The notes below the pieces were generated by a model, which worked only from the letters and a program-made list of their open reading frames with translations, was not told where the DNA came from and ran no database searches. Made by a program: the position numbers and the translations under genes. Of a stretch of 64,000 bases of DNA, positions 59,895 through 64,000 are shown in pieces. The stretch comes from Phyllosticta citribraziliensis. Its lineage: Eukaryota. Each line of letters starts with the position of its first letter. The first letter of the stretch is position 1. The stretch is taken from the NCBI RefSeq assembly GCF_038025025.1, contig NW_027117338.1, forward strand, positions 930,001 through 994,000. The letters are read 5' to 3'.

Positions 59895-61183
59895 TCACAA
59901 CTCATCCTTGCGTGACCAATCCCTTTTTAATCTACCGTCCTCTTGTGCCCGGGCCTCTCCCTTTGCGACAGATGTCGTGTCAAAGAAGCCTTCTAGATCC
60001 ATCCATTCAGCTGTAAATGCAGTCACCAGCTTCGCCCAGTCCTCGACTACATTAATGTCCAAGTGATTTCCATCATCTTGCGCCGTATGCCACTGTTGTG
60101 GAAACGGCGACGGAATCATGTGCAGGACCTCAACGCCTCTAGCCATGAAGGGGATGTGATCGTCCTGGACCATCATGGCCATCATGCTACCTACGTCGTT
60201 GCCCGTATCTGGCAAGAACATGGGCTCGGACAAGGGCAAGACGCCGCCCAGCTTATTATCGCTGCCGGTAGCCTTGCCATAGTTTGGCGAAGACTTGAAT
60301 TGACCTAGGCTGCGCAGTCGCTTCTCGACGTTGGCCATGTTGAGGTACGCCCAATGCGTGGTCTGAAAATATGACGGGACAGTTGGATTCTCCGACCCCA
60401 AAAGATCCAGCAGCAGAAATAGCTGTATCGAGGAGAGAGCTGTTTGAAACGTCGATGTCGCCGGATGGTATTGGTTCTCCCAGTCCTGAGCTAGAGCCCT
60501 AAGTGGATCGTGTAAGTCTCCTCCGGACCCAGTTGAAGGCGGCAAACTTACCTTGCGCCATACAGCGAATCGGAGTCCGACCAGCTGTAAAATGCTTCTT
60601 CTCCATCCAGTAATAAGATCTGAACACCTCTTTCCTCCTCTACATCCATGAAGCCCTCGCCCGCGCCCTCGGCCTCCATTTTCTCCCACTTGCGCGTCAA
60701 CGCGTCGTCAATGCTCCGTGCAGCGTGCATGATCATGGCACATGGGGCAGCACTATCTGTAGCGCCAATGAAGCCTTCGGGCGTCAATTTGCTGTCGTAG
60801 TGGGCGACAAGAGCCAGCCTGCCAATTTCGCCCTCTTTGGCCCATGGAGGGTCGCGAGTGGCTATGATGTTGACAAACGGCACCTCTTTGCCATTTGAGG
60901 TCGGTGTGGTGCTAGACGAGTTGTGCAATTCGACGCGCCATGTGGGCAGGATCTGAGCGAAAAAGTCGAGAAAGTGCTGGCGGACCTTTTCAGAGCCCGG
61001 TGTGCCAGGAACACGAGGTATGAGGATCGGGGCGAGAAGCCGGCCGGTGCGAATGTTGAAGTCGTCGCCCGGGGACGGGAGACGTTTAAGAGTAGCTTCG
61101 GAAAGGGTGGTGTAGGCGGCGGAGAAGGAAAGCGAGGGCAGGACCAGCGTCGTTGCGCGGACAAGTTGCGAGAAGAGTCGCAT
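59895..61183 (-). CDS. Glutaminyl-peptide cyclotransferase (peptidase M28 family)
   Basis: Signal peptide; PRVPGTPG, AHYDSK, GATDSAAPC, DGEEAF, SLYGAR, LLDLLG, DDHIPF, WHT; C-terminal KDEL; intron 60551-60499. Confidence 0.93.
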
Positions 61184-61544
61184 GGTAGGAGGACGAGACC
61201 GAATGATGGCGATTGAAGGCGTCGACGGTCAGATCATGGCTGAGAAGAAGAGGCAGTTGACCAGAGAAGAACAGGTAGGAGTACGAGAGGGCGGCGCAAG
61301 GTTGGGGAAGTCGGCATGGATGGATGGAGATGTATTATAGTGGCAGCTTGGCGTAAGATCAGTGGGTGGCATCTCGACGTCGTCAGGTCGTACGCCCGGG
61401 CTGCAAGGTCCGTCATCCGCCCGAGCTGACATCCCTGTCGTGTTCGGGTTCCGTTGCGCCTTCACGTGTGTCAAAGCTCCCGTTCCAGGAAGTTCATCTC
61501 CCGTTCAGACCCTCTTCAATCCCTCGCTCTCGCACTTCAATGTC

Positions 61545-62555
61545 ATGAGAACTGCGCTTTTTGCAGGGCTGCGTGCCCCGGCTCATCTCTGTCGCCTCCC
61601 ACCTTGCTTGCGCACCACCACTGGCTGCCAGACCGTCATCCCGAAATTTCAACACTATGGCCGTTGCGCCTCGAGCTCCTCTGCGACCAAGGCCAAGAAA
61701 CAGAACGCAAAGGTCGCAACATTGGAGCCCAAACCTTTTGAAGAAACGCCAAAAGTAAAATACCGTGAGTAGTAGCAGCAGAATGACGCAACTACTTGGA
61801 GCTAACCATCTTGACCAGTGTATCCCGAGCGGCTTTTGATATACAACGCCGGAACTGGAAAGACTGCCTTCATCGGAACCTACAAAGTCCTTTGCCTGAC
61901 TCTGTTTGCGCTCGGGTGCTACAAATTGGCTCCATTGGCCTACGGGGGCACTGATTCACATGGGCTATTTGTGGCAGCAAGTAAGTGCCTGTCCCAATTA
62001 TCCGGGACGCGGCTCGCGTCTCAATCTTCCGCTTCATGCTAATTGCCTGTAGTCCTCATTGTCCCCAATCTCGTACTCCTGTTAACAACACTGCTTACGG
62101 CTCCCTTCACCAATTCGATCTTTCTATGGATCCCAAGGGAAGCCCGTCGCTCCCATGAAAACCTCATGCGTTATCTGAAAACGCTCCCTCAATCAGCCCG
62201 CATAGATCTCATCACCATGCGTCTCTCTGGACTGCACAAAACCACGCGCACCACGTTGGGTGAATTGCGCGAGTTCCGCGGCGGTTTTGGTGCTGCAAAC
62301 TGGGTTCGCGTTCCTCCCAAAGCTTCAGTCTGGGCGGCAGAAGAGCGGCGAATGAGAATGGGGTTTGGGCAGCGGATCATGGCGCTGTTGAAGGAACCGC
62401 GGAACAGATTTGCGATTGACTTGAGAGATGGAAAATCCGGGTCGAGGTCGCGGGTGCCGGGCGTTGTGGAGATAGTGGCACAAAAAGTCAAGAGGAATGG
62501 GTTTGTCAAGGCAGGAACCTGGAGTGAGGACTTGAAGAAGGTCTTCAGGGGGTGA
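61545..62555 (+). CDS. Probable mitochondrial two-TM membrane protein of unknown function
   Basis: Presequence-like start; three exons; YPERLLIYNAGTGK followed by two TMs and a basic C-terminal domain. Confidence 0.75.
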
Positions 62556-62851
62556 TGTCGTTCAGTTGGGGTGAGATCAGGGGGTTGTGTCTGGATCAGT
62601 GTGATCAAAACAATAGGGAGGCGTGCAATGACAATATTTGCAAGGCAAACATCTCCGAAAAGCTCCAGCACATGCATGTAGCCTCAGAGTGTTCTACTAA
62701 TGATTCTGCCCGTCAAATTGGTGATGCGAGTGTGGTACCATCCAGGTGCTCAGTACCTCATGCCGGTATCGGACGCTATTGGTCAATGCGCGAGCTTCCC
62801 CAGAAAATATTCGGCACGCGCGTTGTCCCGCATCAACACACCATCGCAACA

Positions 62852-64000
<1,149 letters not shown>

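Overview
Eukaryotic (filamentous ascomycete, probably Dothideomycete-like) genomic DNA with short GT/GC-AG introns. About 24 protein genes can be built by hand: an LR/NOP-1-type opsin, a disordered orphan, a Zrt1/ZrfB-type zinc transporter, a MARVEL protein, a conserved unknown, a divergent MFS transporter + 2OG-Fe(II) dioxygenase pair, a secreted lysozyme/SLT-fold protein, mitochondrial AspRS, NudC, an ANTH/AP180 protein, PBDC1, an STE6-type ABC exporter, Swp1, two small unknowns, Mn-SOD, a SOD1/CCS-fold protein, an amino acid permease, Jip5, a probable pentose transporter, a multi-exon orphan, glutaminyl cyclase, a mitochondrial membrane protein and LYS12 (truncated by the window end). The most notable item is at 45.1-47.0 kb. 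A non-mitochondrial Mn-SOD with signal-peptide and cytosolic start codons lies head-to-head with a 152-aa Cu/Zn-SOD-fold protein that lacks most metal ligands. Their shared promoter carries duplicated AACTTGCTCA (Mac1/GRISEA-like copper-starvation) boxes and a CAAGGT (ZafA-like) box, which suggests a metal-starvation SOD-switch module. Up to four GC-AG introns were also found. No tRNA, rRNA, transposon or CRISPR array was recognised. Homology calls come from motif recognition and recall, not from database searches.
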